The translations under genes were made by a program, and so were the position numbers. DNA of 62,149 nucleotides, filler included, from Deltaproteobacteria bacterium (GTDB lineage: Bacteria > JAUYMQ01): assembly GCA_030698575.1 (NCBI GenBank). It is 11 parts of 11 records of this genome, joined end to end, with 100 filler letters (N's around TTAATTAATTAA, not from the genome) between each part and the next. Parts side by side here need not be neighbours in the genome. Positions count along the whole stretch, not along the records: positions 1 to 6,232 come from JAUYMQ010000134.1; positions 6,333 to 17,085 come from JAUYMQ010000149.1; 9 more parts are not named here. One strand, written 5' to 3'. The notes below the pieces were generated by a model. It made no database searches and had not been told where the DNA came from. It was given only the letters and a program-made list of their open reading frames with translations. This document shows, one piece after another, positions 1 through 8,838 of this stretch; the stretch's first letter is position 1; each line of letters opens with the position of its first letter.

Positions 1-87
1 GGCGAGTGGCGGCGGCTCGAGCTGGTCCAGTCCGAGTTCGGCCTGATCCTCCATCATTCCGAGGAGGATCCGGGCCCCCGGGTGCAG

Positions 88-1455
88 TCAGAGGAGCCTG
101 AACTCCTCGTCGAACATGACGACTGGTTCGTTCATCCCTTCCACCAGCGCCTGGATTCTCCTCCGCTCGTCGCTTTCGGCCTCGAACAGGCGGTTGAGCG
201 TCATGGCCATTTCGAGCGCAACGGTTTTGAGGAACTGCTCGTGGATCGCCGCGTAGCTCTCCTTGCCGTAACGCCTGAGCCAGAGATGCCCCAGGGTACG
301 GCCCGCCGCCGAGAGTGGAAGCAGGAGATCCGAATGCTTCCCTGCCTGCTCCTCGGTCAGGATGCCACCGACAACGTGCAGGACCGAGATCTGGCCCGCC
401 TGCCCGCCAGCGCCGTCGGAAACGCTCTTCACTGCCGTCGTGAAATCTTCGAGTCCGCTCTCGAGCACCGCCTCGTCAAGTCTCTCCGGCACATAAATGA
501 ACCCCCGCCACTGCGTGCCTCCCGAGAGCGCAAGCCCCGCCACGTGGGCAAGCTCGTCCCCGAGCAGCGCCGGCGCCGCGACCTCCATCAGGCGATCGAT
601 GTCGCCGACGGTCGCGAGCTTGCTCGAGATCCCATAGAGGCGGGAGAGATCGTCGGCGGCGCGGCTCACCTCGTCGTTCGCCTTCCGGAGCTCCCGGTTC
701 GCCTTTTGGAGCGCGCGCTCGGTGGATTTGCGCGCGCTGATGTCTTTTATGATCGCGACGGAGCCGCGCACCCTCCCCTTTCCGTCCAAAAAGCTCGAAA
801 GGGAGACCGACACAGGAACTGCGCCTCCCGGAGTCGTGAGGCTCGTCTCATGGCCCACCACGCGCCCTTCCTCGGCAAGCCGGTTCAGCATGGCTTCGTA
901 CTCCCGAGCGCCTCCCGCGAGAAATGTGCTTGCCCGCTTTTGCTTCACCTCGTCCCAGCTGCGGTCGAGCATCTCCATGCCCGACGGATTCGCGAGGACG
1001 ATCCTCCCCTCGAGATCGACGATCAATATCGCGTCGGGTGAACTCTCCAGAAGCGCTTCGAGGTATTCCTTCCGATCCCGGATGGCGTCCGCGTCGAGGA
1101 GGGTGCCTACGGCGCCGATGAGTGTCCTTGTCTCCCAGGGCTTGGGAATGAATCGATCAACCTCGCCCCCGTGACAGGCCTCGAGCACCCGCTCGGCCTC
1201 CGCGTAGCCCGAAATTAGAATCCGGATCATCCGCGGACGGATCTGCGCCAACTGTGTGAGCAGTTCGATGCCGTCCGTTCCCGGCATTCTGTAGTCACTG
1301 ATGATGACGTCCACGCGCGTGGACTCGATGGTGTTGAGGGCTTCGGCGGCGGAACCGGCCGTGAGCAGCTTGTAGGGTTTTCCGCGGAACGCGCGCGTGA
1401 GAGCCCGCAGAATTTCGGGCTCGTCATCGACAAGGAGCAGGACGGGCGTTCGCAA
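88..1455 (-). CDS. REC-PAS sensory protein (probable N-terminal part of a hybrid sensor kinase), interrupted by an in-frame TGA at 88-90
   Basis: N-terminal receiver domain (LLVDDE, DVIISDYRMPGTDG, FIPKPW) and a PAS domain (SPDAILIVDLEGRIVLANPSG...DIS.RK). A second PAS begins at the C-terminus and the frame stays open past the TGA to the window edge. GGGGAG RBS precedes the TTG start. Confidence 0.8.
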   Translation of the reverse strand: MRTPVLLLVDDEPEILRALTRAFRGKPYKLLTAGSAAEALNTIESTRVDVIISDYRMPGTDGIELLTQLAQIRPRMIRILISGYAEAERVLEACHGGEVDRFIPKPWETRTLIGAVGTLLDADAIRDRKEYLEALLESSPDAILIVDLEGRIVLANPSGMEMLDRSWDEVKQKRASTFLAGGAREYEAMLNRLAEEGRVVGHETSLTTPGGAVPVSVSLSSFLDGKGRVRGSVAIIKDISARKSTERALQKANRELRKANDEVSRAADDLSRLYGISSKLATVGDIDRLMEVAAPALLGDELAHVAGLALSGGTQWRGFIYVPERLDEAVLESGLEDFTTAVKSVSDGAGGQAGQISVLHVVGGILTEEQAGKHSDLLLPLSAAGRTLGHLWLRRYGKESYAAIHEQFLKTVALEMAMTLNRLFEAESDERRRIQALVEGMNEPVVMFDEEFRLL

Positions 1456-1600
1456 AAAAACTCCCCCGACAGGTCCCGGCTGGGTGGGGCGCGAAACACG
1501 GAAAGGCCGGATCGCCCGTGCATGGCTGTTTTTATTGTTATTCGGACGGATCGGGAGCGTGCTTGAGGCGGGACTGGAGTGCCGGGGCCAGGCGCGGCCC

Positions 1601-2965
1601 TTACCCCTTCTGAAGCTCGGAAAGGGCCTTCTCGAAGAGGGTCCGGATGGCTTCGAGCCGCGCGCTGGTGCGGGCTTCGAAACGCAGAACGAGGACCGGC
1701 CCCGTATTGGAGGCGCGGACCAGCGCCCACCCGTCCGGGAAGACCGCCCGGATGCCGTCGACGTCGATCACCCGGGCCTCGGGGGCAATCTCGGGCAGCC
1801 GCGCTTTCAGGCGCTCGACAATCGCGAACTTCTCATCGTCGGGGCAGGCCACCCGGATCTCGGGTGTTACGTGAGTGACCGGGACATCGGCAAGTAGTTC
1901 CGAGAGGGGTTTTTCTTCGACGTCAAGAATCTCGAGCAGCCGGCAGGTAGCGTAAATCGCGTCGTCGTAACCGAAGTAACGATCGGCGAAGAAGATGTGC
2001 CCGCTCATCTCGCCCGCGAGTTCGGCGCCCTCCTCTTTCATCTTCTGTTTGATCAGGCTGTGGCCCGTCTTCCACATGATGGGGCGCCCGCCGTGGGCGG
2101 CGATGTCGTCGTACAGGTTCTGCGACGCCTTCACCTCGCTGATAATCGTGGCGCCGGGCTTGCGCCCCAGCACTTCACGCGAGAGCAGTATGAGCAGCAT
2201 GTCGCCCCAGATGGTGGTTCCCTTGTCGTCGATCACGCCGATCCTGTCCGCGTCACCGTCGTAGGCGATGCCGACTTCCGCCTTTCCCTCGAGCACCGCC
2301 CGCTTGAGATCCGCCATGTTCTTTTCAACCGTGGGGTCGGGGTGGTGATTGGGAAAGCGGCCGTCCGGCTCGCAGAAGAGTGACTCGACCTCGACGCCGA
2401 GCCGCTTGAGCAGCGGAGCCGCCACCTCTCCCCCCATACCGTTGCCGCCGTCCACGACGACGCGCATGGGCCGGTTGATCCGGATGTTGCCGGCGACGTA
2501 ATCGATGTAGGGAGGGATGACCTCCTCCTCGGTGAGCGTCCCCTTTCCCTTCCTGAAGCTTTTCTCCACCGCCATCCTGAAAAGCTTCTGGATCTCGTGA
2601 CCATAGACCGAGTCATTGCCCAGGCAGATCTTGAATCCATTGTCTTCAGGGGGATTGTGGCTCCCCGTGATCATCACGCCGCCGCCCACCTGGAAATGTC
2701 GAATCGAAAAGTAGAGAAGAGGCGTCGGACAGAGCCCGACGTCGAGGACGTCGAGACCCGTGGCAAGTGCTCCCTCGAGAAAACCTTCGTGCAGTTCGGG
2801 AGATGAAAGCCGGCAATCCCGACCCAGGGTGATGCGTCGCTTCCCGTGCTCGAGCTCGTAGGTCGCCACGGCCTCGCCGATGAGGCGCGCTGATTCCCGG
2901 TTCAGATCCCGGCCTGCCACGCCGCGGATGTCGTACTCTCGGAAAATGTTCGGGTTGAGCTTCAC
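1601..2965 (-). CDS. phosphomannomutase/phosphoglucomutase (AlgC-like)
   Basis: IFREYDIRG N-terminus, catalytic TGSHNP, metal loop DGDADR, sugar loop GEMSGH, C-terminal RASNT. Confidence 0.95.
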   Translation of the reverse strand: MKLNPNIFREYDIRGVAGRDLNRESARLIGEAVATYELEHGKRRITLGRDCRLSSPELHEGFLEGALATGLDVLDVGLCPTPLLYFSIRHFQVGGGVMITGSHNPPEDNGFKICLGNDSVYGHEIQKLFRMAVEKSFRKGKGTLTEEEVIPPYIDYVAGNIRINRPMRVVVDGGNGMGGEVAAPLLKRLGVEVESLFCEPDGRFPNHHPDPTVEKNMADLKRAVLEGKAEVGIAYDGDADRIGVIDDKGTTIWGDMLLILLSREVLGRKPGATIISEVKASQNLYDDIAAHGGRPIMWKTGHSLIKQKMKEEGAELAGEMSGHIFFADRYFGYDDAIYATCRLLEILDVEEKPLSELLADVPVTHVTPEIRVACPDDEKFAIVERLKARLPEIAPEARVIDVDGIRAVFPDGWALVRASNTGPVLVLRFEARTSARLEAIRTLFEKALSELQKG

Positions 2966-3073
2966 GCTGGTCCTCGCTCGTGGAAGACAGTGCGGTCAAC
3001 GCGCTCTTGCGCGACCGCGCGCCGTCTCGCGCCGATAGTGGGGCGCCTGGGTGGTGGGAGAGGAGCTATTTTT

Positions 3074-3568
3074 TCACAGGAAGGCGGAAGGAACAAGGCG
3101 CCGGGCAAGGCGGCGAAGCGGAGCACGTGGCGCAAGATGGAGCGAGACGAACTGTGCAAGGACTGCGCGCCAGGGCGCATCCAGAGAAACCCAGCGCCCC
3201 TTGCGGCGCACGGCGTCCGCGCGGCCGATGATGGCGCTGATCGGAAGGAGCGCGTCGGGGTAGCGCTCGCCGTCTCCTTTGAGACGAACGCGACAGGCGG
3301 TCCTGTCGATGGTGACCACACGGTGAATGACCGCTCCCCCGGCGGTGCGAGCGAGGACCACATCGCCCGGTCGGAGGGCGCGATCGCCCAGATTGCGAAT
3401 GCGAAGCTCCTCGCCGTCCCGGATCATCGGCCGCATGCTTCGCCCGCGGGCCCGCATCACGACCGTGCCGCCTTTTGCGTGGGCAGCCGCCACCGCCTCG
3501 CAGAGAGCCCGGTGGCGCGTGATCCCGTCGGTGTCGACCTGTTCCGCCGTCCGGTGCTCAGCATTCAT
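3074..3568 (-). CDS. S24/S26-family (signal-peptidase-like) peptidase, probable RiPP leader peptidase
   Basis: GRSMRPMIRDGE serine motif, then PGDVV, IHRVV and LKGD motifs. ATG overlaps the upstream stop (ATGA). Confidence 0.8.
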   Translation of the reverse strand: MNAEHRTAEQVDTDGITRHRALCEAVAAAHAKGGTVVMRARGRSMRPMIRDGEELRIRNLGDRALRPGDVVLARTAGGAVIHRVVTIDRTACRVRLKGDGERYPDALLPISAIIGRADAVRRKGRWVSLDAPWRAVLAQFVSLHLAPRAPLRRLARRLVPSAFL

Positions 3569-4476
3569 GCTGTGACGCCCTCGTTCAGAAGATGATCCAC
3601 CAGGCTCGCCTCGGGTAGAAATCGGAGTGTGTGCACCGGCACCTGCCCGACAATCTCGTTCACGAAGCCCAGCGTCCATTCCATGCCCGCCGCATCATAG
3701 AAGGGAGCGAAGCAGTTCACGAGCATCGACCTTGCCGCATCTCCCGGCGTGGCGGTCACGAGCCGGTTCTCGGGGGCCTGCTCGAGGAGAAATATCCGCG
3801 CAAGCGGCGCTGACTTCGGCGACGAGACCTCCGCGTCGCCATGCCAGGGAGTTCCGTACATGCGGCATCCCGTCTCCCCGTGCCGATCCTCCGGCCTGAC
3901 GATGATCCGGTCGTCGGAAATGATCGCGCATCCCTCGCGGCCCGCCCAGAGCCCGCTCATCGTGCTCTTGCCGGCGCCTGACCGTCCCAGGAAGAGCCAG
4001 CCCTCTCCTCGCGGCGTGATCAGGCCGGCGGCATGGAAGATCGCGCCGCGCCCCCTGGCGAGGTGGTTGATGACGATCACCTCGTCCAGCGGATAGCGAA
4101 GCGGATAGGGGTGAAAAGCGGGCCGGTCTCCCGCGGGTGTCACAAGGACCTCGCCGCGCGTGAAAGCCCCGTCCATGCGCGCGACCCGGTGGAGCGCGCC
4201 TCCCTCGGCGGGAGCGCCCAGCGATACGGCGATCCCGCCGTTGTCGTGGTGGAGATTCCAGAGTCCTCCGTCGGTGCTGTAGATAGGCTTGCCGGGGAGG
4301 CGTGGTGCGCGGGCGCCCCGTTGCACCCGGAGGGCGATGTTGGGCGTTTCACGTCGCTCGACGAGAAAGGCCCGATGCGGATCCTTCCCGGAGAACTCCC
4401 AGGTTCGGGCGGGATCCTCGATCTCGATGACGATCCCGCCGACGGAGAACGACAGGTGTGTCCCCGTCTGCAGCAC
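3565..4476 (-). CDS. HPr-kinase-like P-loop protein (ScmC-like) of RiPP cluster
   Basis: FHAAG, Walker A GRSGAGKST, SDDR and YGTPWHG motifs. Start placed at GTG 4476, just after the precursor gene. Confidence 0.75.
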   Translation of the reverse strand: MLQTGTHLSFSVGGIVIEIEDPARTWEFSGKDPHRAFLVERRETPNIALRVQRGARAPRLPGKPIYSTDGGLWNLHHDNGGIAVSLGAPAEGGALHRVARMDGAFTRGEVLVTPAGDRPAFHPYPLRYPLDEVIVINHLARGRGAIFHAAGLITPRGEGWLFLGRSGAGKSTMSGLWAGREGCAIISDDRIIVRPEDRHGETGCRMYGTPWHGDAEVSSPKSAPLARIFLLEQAPENRLVTATPGDAARSMLVNCFAPFYDAAGMEWTLGFVNEIVGQVPVHTLRFLPEASLVDHLLNEGVTA

Positions 4477-4505
4477 CGCCGCCGCCGGTGTCGGCGCCCC
4501 GGAAA

Positions 4506-4700
4506 TCAAGATCCGACGTTCATGCACGACACGCCCGGCTGGCTGCTCTGCGTGCAAGGGCCAGGCGCCCCCAGGCCGTTCGTGTTGTCGGTTGCGAGCT
4601 TGCAGTTGTTCGGCACGCTGACCATGACGTCCAGTTCCACGTGCGTCACATCAGGCGTCAGATACTTCCGCCTTCCGCGCTTTTCATCCTGACCTTGCAT
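4506..4700 (-). CDS. putative RiPP precursor peptide (64 aa, three Cys)
   Basis: AGAGGA RBS before ATG. Leader has an RRKYLTPDV (YxxPx-hydrophobic) RRE-binding-like motif. Cys/Gly/Asn-rich C-terminal core ends in GS. Lies directly downstream of the rSAM gene. Confidence 0.8.
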   Translation of the reverse strand: MQGQDEKRGRRKYLTPDVTHVELDVMVSVPNNCKLATDNTNGLGAPGPCTQSSQPGVSCMNVGS

Positions 4701-4770
4701 GGCTGATCCTCTCTGTTTTATTCGTCCAGAGGCGTCTCACCTCGGGGAAGATTTCTATCTCGTTCAGGCG

Positions 4771-5901
4771 CTAGCCGCCGCAGTGGCCGCCTGCAGCGAC
4801 GCCCCCATCCGCCCCGAAGAGGGAGAGAGCGATCGATCCGTCCGCGCGGGGCGTGAAGACTTCCTTCCGCATCTCGCCGATGTCGCAGAGATAATCGACG
4901 TGCGCGTGGTGATCGCCCGTTTCCCACTCCGCGAACCCCGGGCACCGGCCGCAGGTTTCGTGGGTGGAGCAGCCATTGCATTTCGAGTCCGGATCCCGCC
5001 CGCCCTGCAGGGCGGGAAGGATCTGCTCGAAGGCTTTGCGAAAGCTCATCTCGCGGAGGCTCAGGCTGATCTTGCGCGTCATGAGGCAGCCGTGCAGGCC
5101 GCCGTAAGGATCGATGTGAAAAGAGCTTTTCCCGGCCCCACAGGTGAAGACGTTGTCCGGAGGCAGCATCTCATCAGGCTTCGAGCAGCGCTCCTCCCAG
5201 GCGCGGGCCGTGTCGGCATGGGTCATGTCGATGTTGAGCACATCCCCGGCGCTCAGGCGGTAAGCCAGCGGGCTCTGGTCTCCGTTCATCTTGGGGGTGA
5301 TGATCGGATCGTAACGGAACGGCAGGCCGTAGCGATCGGCGATGGCCCAGATGTCATCCAGCTCGTGCCGGTTGATCGTCATCACAGGGGTCTTCAGTTT
5401 CAGCGGGAGGCGCCGCGCGGCGATTCGCTCGATCCCCTCAATGCAGCGGGCGTAGCTTCCCTTCACGCCCGTAACGCGCTCGTAGGTCTCCTCGGTGGCG
5501 CCATAAAGCGAGATCTCGATCGAGAACGGCGGATATGCTGCAAAGTGATCGGCTATCTTCTCGGTGATCATGGTGCCGTTCGTGAAGAGATTCACGAAGA
5601 TCCCGCGCGATTTGACGTGTGAGTAGATGTCCAGAAAGTCGGGGCGGAAGAGCGGCTCTCCCCCGGTGATGAGGAGCCACATGAGCCCCTCAGCGGCCGC
5701 CTCGTCGATGATGCGGCGGATCTCCGGCAGCGTCAGCTCGTTCCCTTCCCCCGGCGGGCAATAGCAGTGAACACACTTCAGGTTGCACGGGTGCAGCAGC
5801 TCGATGCTGCCGCTGATCGGCACGCGTTTCTCCGTCACGAAACGGGTGAAGCGGCCGTCCGTTTCACCGCTGCGGATGCTGCGAATTTCGACTTCCTGCA
5901 C
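4771..5901 (-). CDS. radical SAM/SPASM domain peptide maturase
   Basis: CNLKCVHC (CxxxCxxC), ITGGEP, SPASM cysteines CGAG...C...CNGC...CGRC...C. GGAGGGGAG RBS before GTG 5901. Confidence 0.92.
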   Translation of the reverse strand: MQEVEIRSIRSGETDGRFTRFVTEKRVPISGSIELLHPCNLKCVHCYCPPGEGNELTLPEIRRIIDEAAAEGLMWLLITGGEPLFRPDFLDIYSHVKSRGIFVNLFTNGTMITEKIADHFAAYPPFSIEISLYGATEETYERVTGVKGSYARCIEGIERIAARRLPLKLKTPVMTINRHELDDIWAIADRYGLPFRYDPIITPKMNGDQSPLAYRLSAGDVLNIDMTHADTARAWEERCSKPDEMLPPDNVFTCGAGKSSFHIDPYGGLHGCLMTRKISLSLREMSFRKAFEQILPALQGGRDPDSKCNGCSTHETCGRCPGFAEWETGDHHAHVDYLCDIGEMRKEVFTPRADGSIALSLFGADGGVAAGGHCGG

Positions 5902-5941
5902 GGTTTCTCCCCTCCACGCCCTGCCCCCGGGCGCCATGGAA

Positions 5942-6226
5942 TCAGTTCTCCCGGATGCTTCCGATCTTGAACAGCTTCGCAAGCAGGGTATCGATGTCTC
6001 GCCGGGCCGTGTCGGCCGCGACGTCGAATTCCTCCACCACCGCGCTCACCAGGTCCTCCAGCGTGTGGCGCCCGTCCAGCCTGTCCCACACGAAGGCGGC
6101 AACCTCGTTCATGGTGAACAGGCCGACTTCCCGCACGTTCTGCCGGATGGGGACCAGGAAGATCTCGGTTGCCACGCGCCGGCAGACTACGTCCGGGTCC
6201 TGCCGGTAGAGCTTGTCCTGCGCCAC
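5942..6226 (-). CDS. PqqD-family RiPP recognition element (RRE)
   Basis: 94 aa with LFTMNEVAAFVWDRLDG...LVSAVVEEFDV...ARRDI, typical of PqqD. Confidence 0.9.
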   Translation of the reverse strand: MAQDKLYRQDPDVVCRRVATEIFLVPIRQNVREVGLFTMNEVAAFVWDRLDGRHTLEDLVSAVVEEFDVAADTARRDIDTLLAKLFKIGSIREN

Positions 6227-6232
6227 GAGCCC

Positions 6233-6332
6233 NNNNNNNNNNNNNNNNNNNNNNNNNNNNNNNNNNNNNNNNNNNNTTAATTAATTAANNNNNNNNNNNN
6301 NNNNNNNNNNNNNNNNNNNNNNNNNNNNNNNN
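6233..6332. other. artificial contig-joining spacer (Ns with TTAATTAATTAA). Same spacer at 17086-17185, 21074-21173, 28149-28248, 31683-31782, 36120-36219, 45077-45176, 48162-48261, 51316-51415, 56138-56237
   Basis: 100-bp N blocks with an all-frame stop linker; gene context changes completely across each one. Confidence 0.97.
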
Positions 6333-6611
6333 GCTGGTGCCGAGCTTCGTGTCGTGAAAGAGTACCCTCCCTCGCTCCAGAGCCTCCGTTTCCGCCTTGT
6401 TCATGTGGGCCATTCGCTCATTGGCGGGCATGGGCATGAGCTTGTTCACGTTCGAGAGCCCATTCGCCATGTCTCCCATTCCCATCATCCGCATCATGAC
6501 GCCCGGGGGATTACGCTGAACCATTCCGGGCGTCGGTGTGCACGTGGCCGCGGCAAGAACTACCGTTCCTATCATCACAGTCCAGACTGCCAGGTACTTT
6601 AGCCCTCTCAT
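6333..6611 (-). CDS. exported Met-rich protein, probably the N-terminus of a cytochrome c (truncated by contig end)
   Basis: Signal peptide, MMRMMGMGDM segment, and ERGRVLFHDTKLG, which resembles the segment preceding CxxCH in c-type cytochromes. The heme motif itself is not visible. Confidence 0.5.
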
Positions 6612-6648
6612 GTGGCCCTCCTTTATGAAGTGGCATCTCAATCTGTCC

Positions 6649-7077
6649 TCACCGCAACGGGGAAACCGGGGTTGCAGCATGCGTGGCGCCAAGACCCGAT
6701 TCCTCCCGCCGAGCAGGTCTGGATCGTTCACTTCTCTTTTGTCGGAAGACAATCTCTTCCACCGCCATCCAGGCGAGCTGCTCGGAAACGACGAGATCGC
6801 GAAATTCCTCCCACCGGCTGGATAGTTCCGGATCTTCAGCCGGCTCCGGGCAGGTTCCGGGCATGGAGTAAACGAGGCGCACGGCACCCTCCGCGGTATG
6901 CGGCCTCCCAGACTTCGACAACAGGTACAACTCTCCGCTACTCCCCAGGATCATCGGAGGCTCCCAAAGCGAGATACAAGCGACCTTTCCGGCGACATAG
7001 ATGATTGAGACAGGAATAGGGTTCCAAACTATTTTCCCTCCCGGAACTTCCGGGCGCGCAAGATCGGCCGGTCGCAC
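6649..7077 (-). CDS. hypothetical protein (start uncertain)
   Basis: ORF filling the gap between co-oriented genes; no recognised motif. Confidence 0.35.
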   Translation of the reverse strand: MRPADLARPEVPGGKIVWNPIPVSIIYVAGKVACISLWEPPMILGSSGELYLLSKSGRPHTAEGAVRLVYSMPGTCPEPAEDPELSSRWEEFRDLVVSEQLAWMAVEEIVFRQKRSERSRPARREESGLGATHAATPVSPLR

Positions 7078-7128
7078 CCTCGCTCGGCGATCGCTCGGCC
7101 CCCAAGGAAACCCTGACCGACCGTCGCC

Positions 7129-7998
7129 CTACCCTCCATGAGCGTGGGGGAGGAGCGCCCCCAGCTCGGTCCCTCCCTGCAACCCTCCTTTGTCAATCCA
7201 TTGAAGGGTCGTTTCCTCCGCCTGATCGATCAGCACGCCTGTCCGTGAAAAGTCGTACACCGTGACGTCCAGCGGACAGAGCGGCGGAACGACTTTCAGC
7301 GCGGCCCTGTCCGCCAGCCGCCGCACGTCCGCAACGAGCTGTCTGGCTATGAGCAGATTCAGAGCATGCAGCGCCAGGGCGATAACTCCCCGCGGGGGCC
7401 TCTCGAGCGCGCAAGCGATGCCGGTCGGAAGGACGATCACGCGCCTGGCCCCGGCTTCGACGGCCGCGGAGACGGGGGTGTTGCTGGCGATGCCCCCGTC
7501 CACCAGATATCGCCCATCCAGCCGCACCGGAGGAAAGACGGCGGGGATGGCCGCGCTGGCGAGCAAGGCGTCCACGACCGGGCCCGATGAAAGGCGGACC
7601 TCGCTTCCTCCGAGGACTTCCGTCGCAATCACGTGACAGGGAACCTGCGCCTCTTCGAGGAGCCCGTAGGGCAGGTGCCGCTCGAGGAGCTTCCTGAGCC
7701 CCGTAGGGTCCACGAGATAATCACGCTTGGAAAAGAGACCGAAGAGGCCCCCCAGGGGAGCGACCGGAAAGACGTCCCTCCGGTGCAACCGCCGCCATAT
7801 TCGATCGAGCCCCGTCACCCCGTCCCGATTCGGCGCGCCGGCGAAATAAGCAGCGTTGATGGCGCCGACGGACGACCCGACAACGAGATCCGGAGCGATG
7901 CCGCGTGCCACGAGCGCCTTCAGCATGCCCACGTGTACGGCGCCCAGGCTCCCACCGCCCGCAAGGACAAAGGCCGTCTTGACCGCCGGCATGATCAC
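7129..7998 (-). CDS. patatin-like phospholipase
   Basis: GGGSLG, GSSVG nucleophile elbow, DGG motif. Confidence 0.92.
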   Translation of the reverse strand: MIMPAVKTAFVLAGGGSLGAVHVGMLKALVARGIAPDLVVGSSVGAINAAYFAGAPNRDGVTGLDRIWRRLHRRDVFPVAPLGGLFGLFSKRDYLVDPTGLRKLLERHLPYGLLEEAQVPCHVIATEVLGGSEVRLSSGPVVDALLASAAIPAVFPPVRLDGRYLVDGGIASNTPVSAAVEAGARRVIVLPTGIACALERPPRGVIALALHALNLLIARQLVADVRRLADRAALKVVPPLCPLDVTVYDFSRTGVLIDQAEETTLQWIDKGGLQGGTELGALLPHAHGG

Positions 7999-8015
7999 TC
8001 CTTGTGGCCCCTCGC

Positions 8016-8759
8016 TCAGGCCCGGGGGGCGAAGTCTCGTTCCAGACGTGTGCGGAGAGTTACTCGGGCGCGATGCATGCGGGCCTTGAGGGCGCTGGGG
8101 GTAAGACGGTAGCGATCACAAAGCTCACGTTGATTCAGCCCCTCGCGGAGGTAAGCCTTCATCGGCAAGCGGAGGGAGGGAATCAGCGCGTCGACCCCCT
8201 CTTGAACGGCGTCCAGCTTGCGCAGCTGGACGAGCACCTTCTCAGGGGTTGACCCCCAGCTCATCTGCTCCCGGCACGCCCACGCATCCTCGGTTGCGCT
8301 CGCCGTCCTCTCCGTGGCGCGTCTCCTCCGAAGAATCATGAGGGCGCTGGTCTGGGTCACCCGGTAGATCCATGTCGAGAGGGACGCTTCCTGCCGGAAA
8401 GACCCATACTTCTTGTAAATCCTGAGGAAGGCGTCCTGGACCGCGTCCTCCGCATCCGATTCGTTCCGGGTGATCCGCAATGCAAGCTGACGCATCCGGG
8501 GGGCGTACCTGAGGTAGGCTTCCTCGAATAGCTCGCGCGGCATCGATCCCGGGGCGTCTGCCCGGGAGGTTGTTCCTTCGGGCGGGACCGAGGCGCTGAA
8601 TTCGCATTCGAACGAGACGGCAGGGGCGGGGAAAGAGCGGTATTCCTTACAGGCATTTCTTTCGTGACGCTTTCTCATTATCCTCTCTGGATCCTTTCTC
8701 CGTTTCGCCGGAAAGTACCGGCCGTGACCCCGATGGATTTCACAGGGCACTTGTTTCAT
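8016..8759 (-). CDS. ECF sigma-70 factor (true start probably downstream, near 8543-8680)
   Basis: DAEDAVQDAF...STWIYRV region 2; region 4 GLNQRELC...SALKARMHRAR. Confidence 0.85.
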   Translation of the reverse strand: MKQVPCEIHRGHGRYFPAKRRKDPERIMRKRHERNACKEYRSFPAPAVSFECEFSASVPPEGTTSRADAPGSMPRELFEEAYLRYAPRMRQLALRITRNESDAEDAVQDAFLRIYKKYGSFRQEASLSTWIYRVTQTSALMILRRRRATERTASATEDAWACREQMSWGSTPEKVLVQLRKLDAVQEGVDALIPSLRLPMKAYLREGLNQRELCDRYRLTPSALKARMHRARVTLRTRLERDFAPRA

Positions 8760-8838
8760 CCGGGCAACGCGGTCGGTGCTTGCCTCGGTGGCCTCAGACC
8801 GCCTAGGATTGCGCTGAGCTGCATCCCGGCGTCTCCTG

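Noticed and set aside
3074-6226. Interpretation as PQQ or lasso-peptide biosynthesis
   Set aside because: No PqqB/C and no ExxxY PqqA core; no asparagine-synthetase-like cyclase or transglutaminase-like B2 protease in the visible part.
6233-6332. Recurrent TTAATTAATTAA motif within N runs (10 copies)
   Set aside because: Artificial contig linker. Adjacency across it has no biological meaning, so the E1 gene is not linked to the integron and the AIPR cassette is not linked to the phage.
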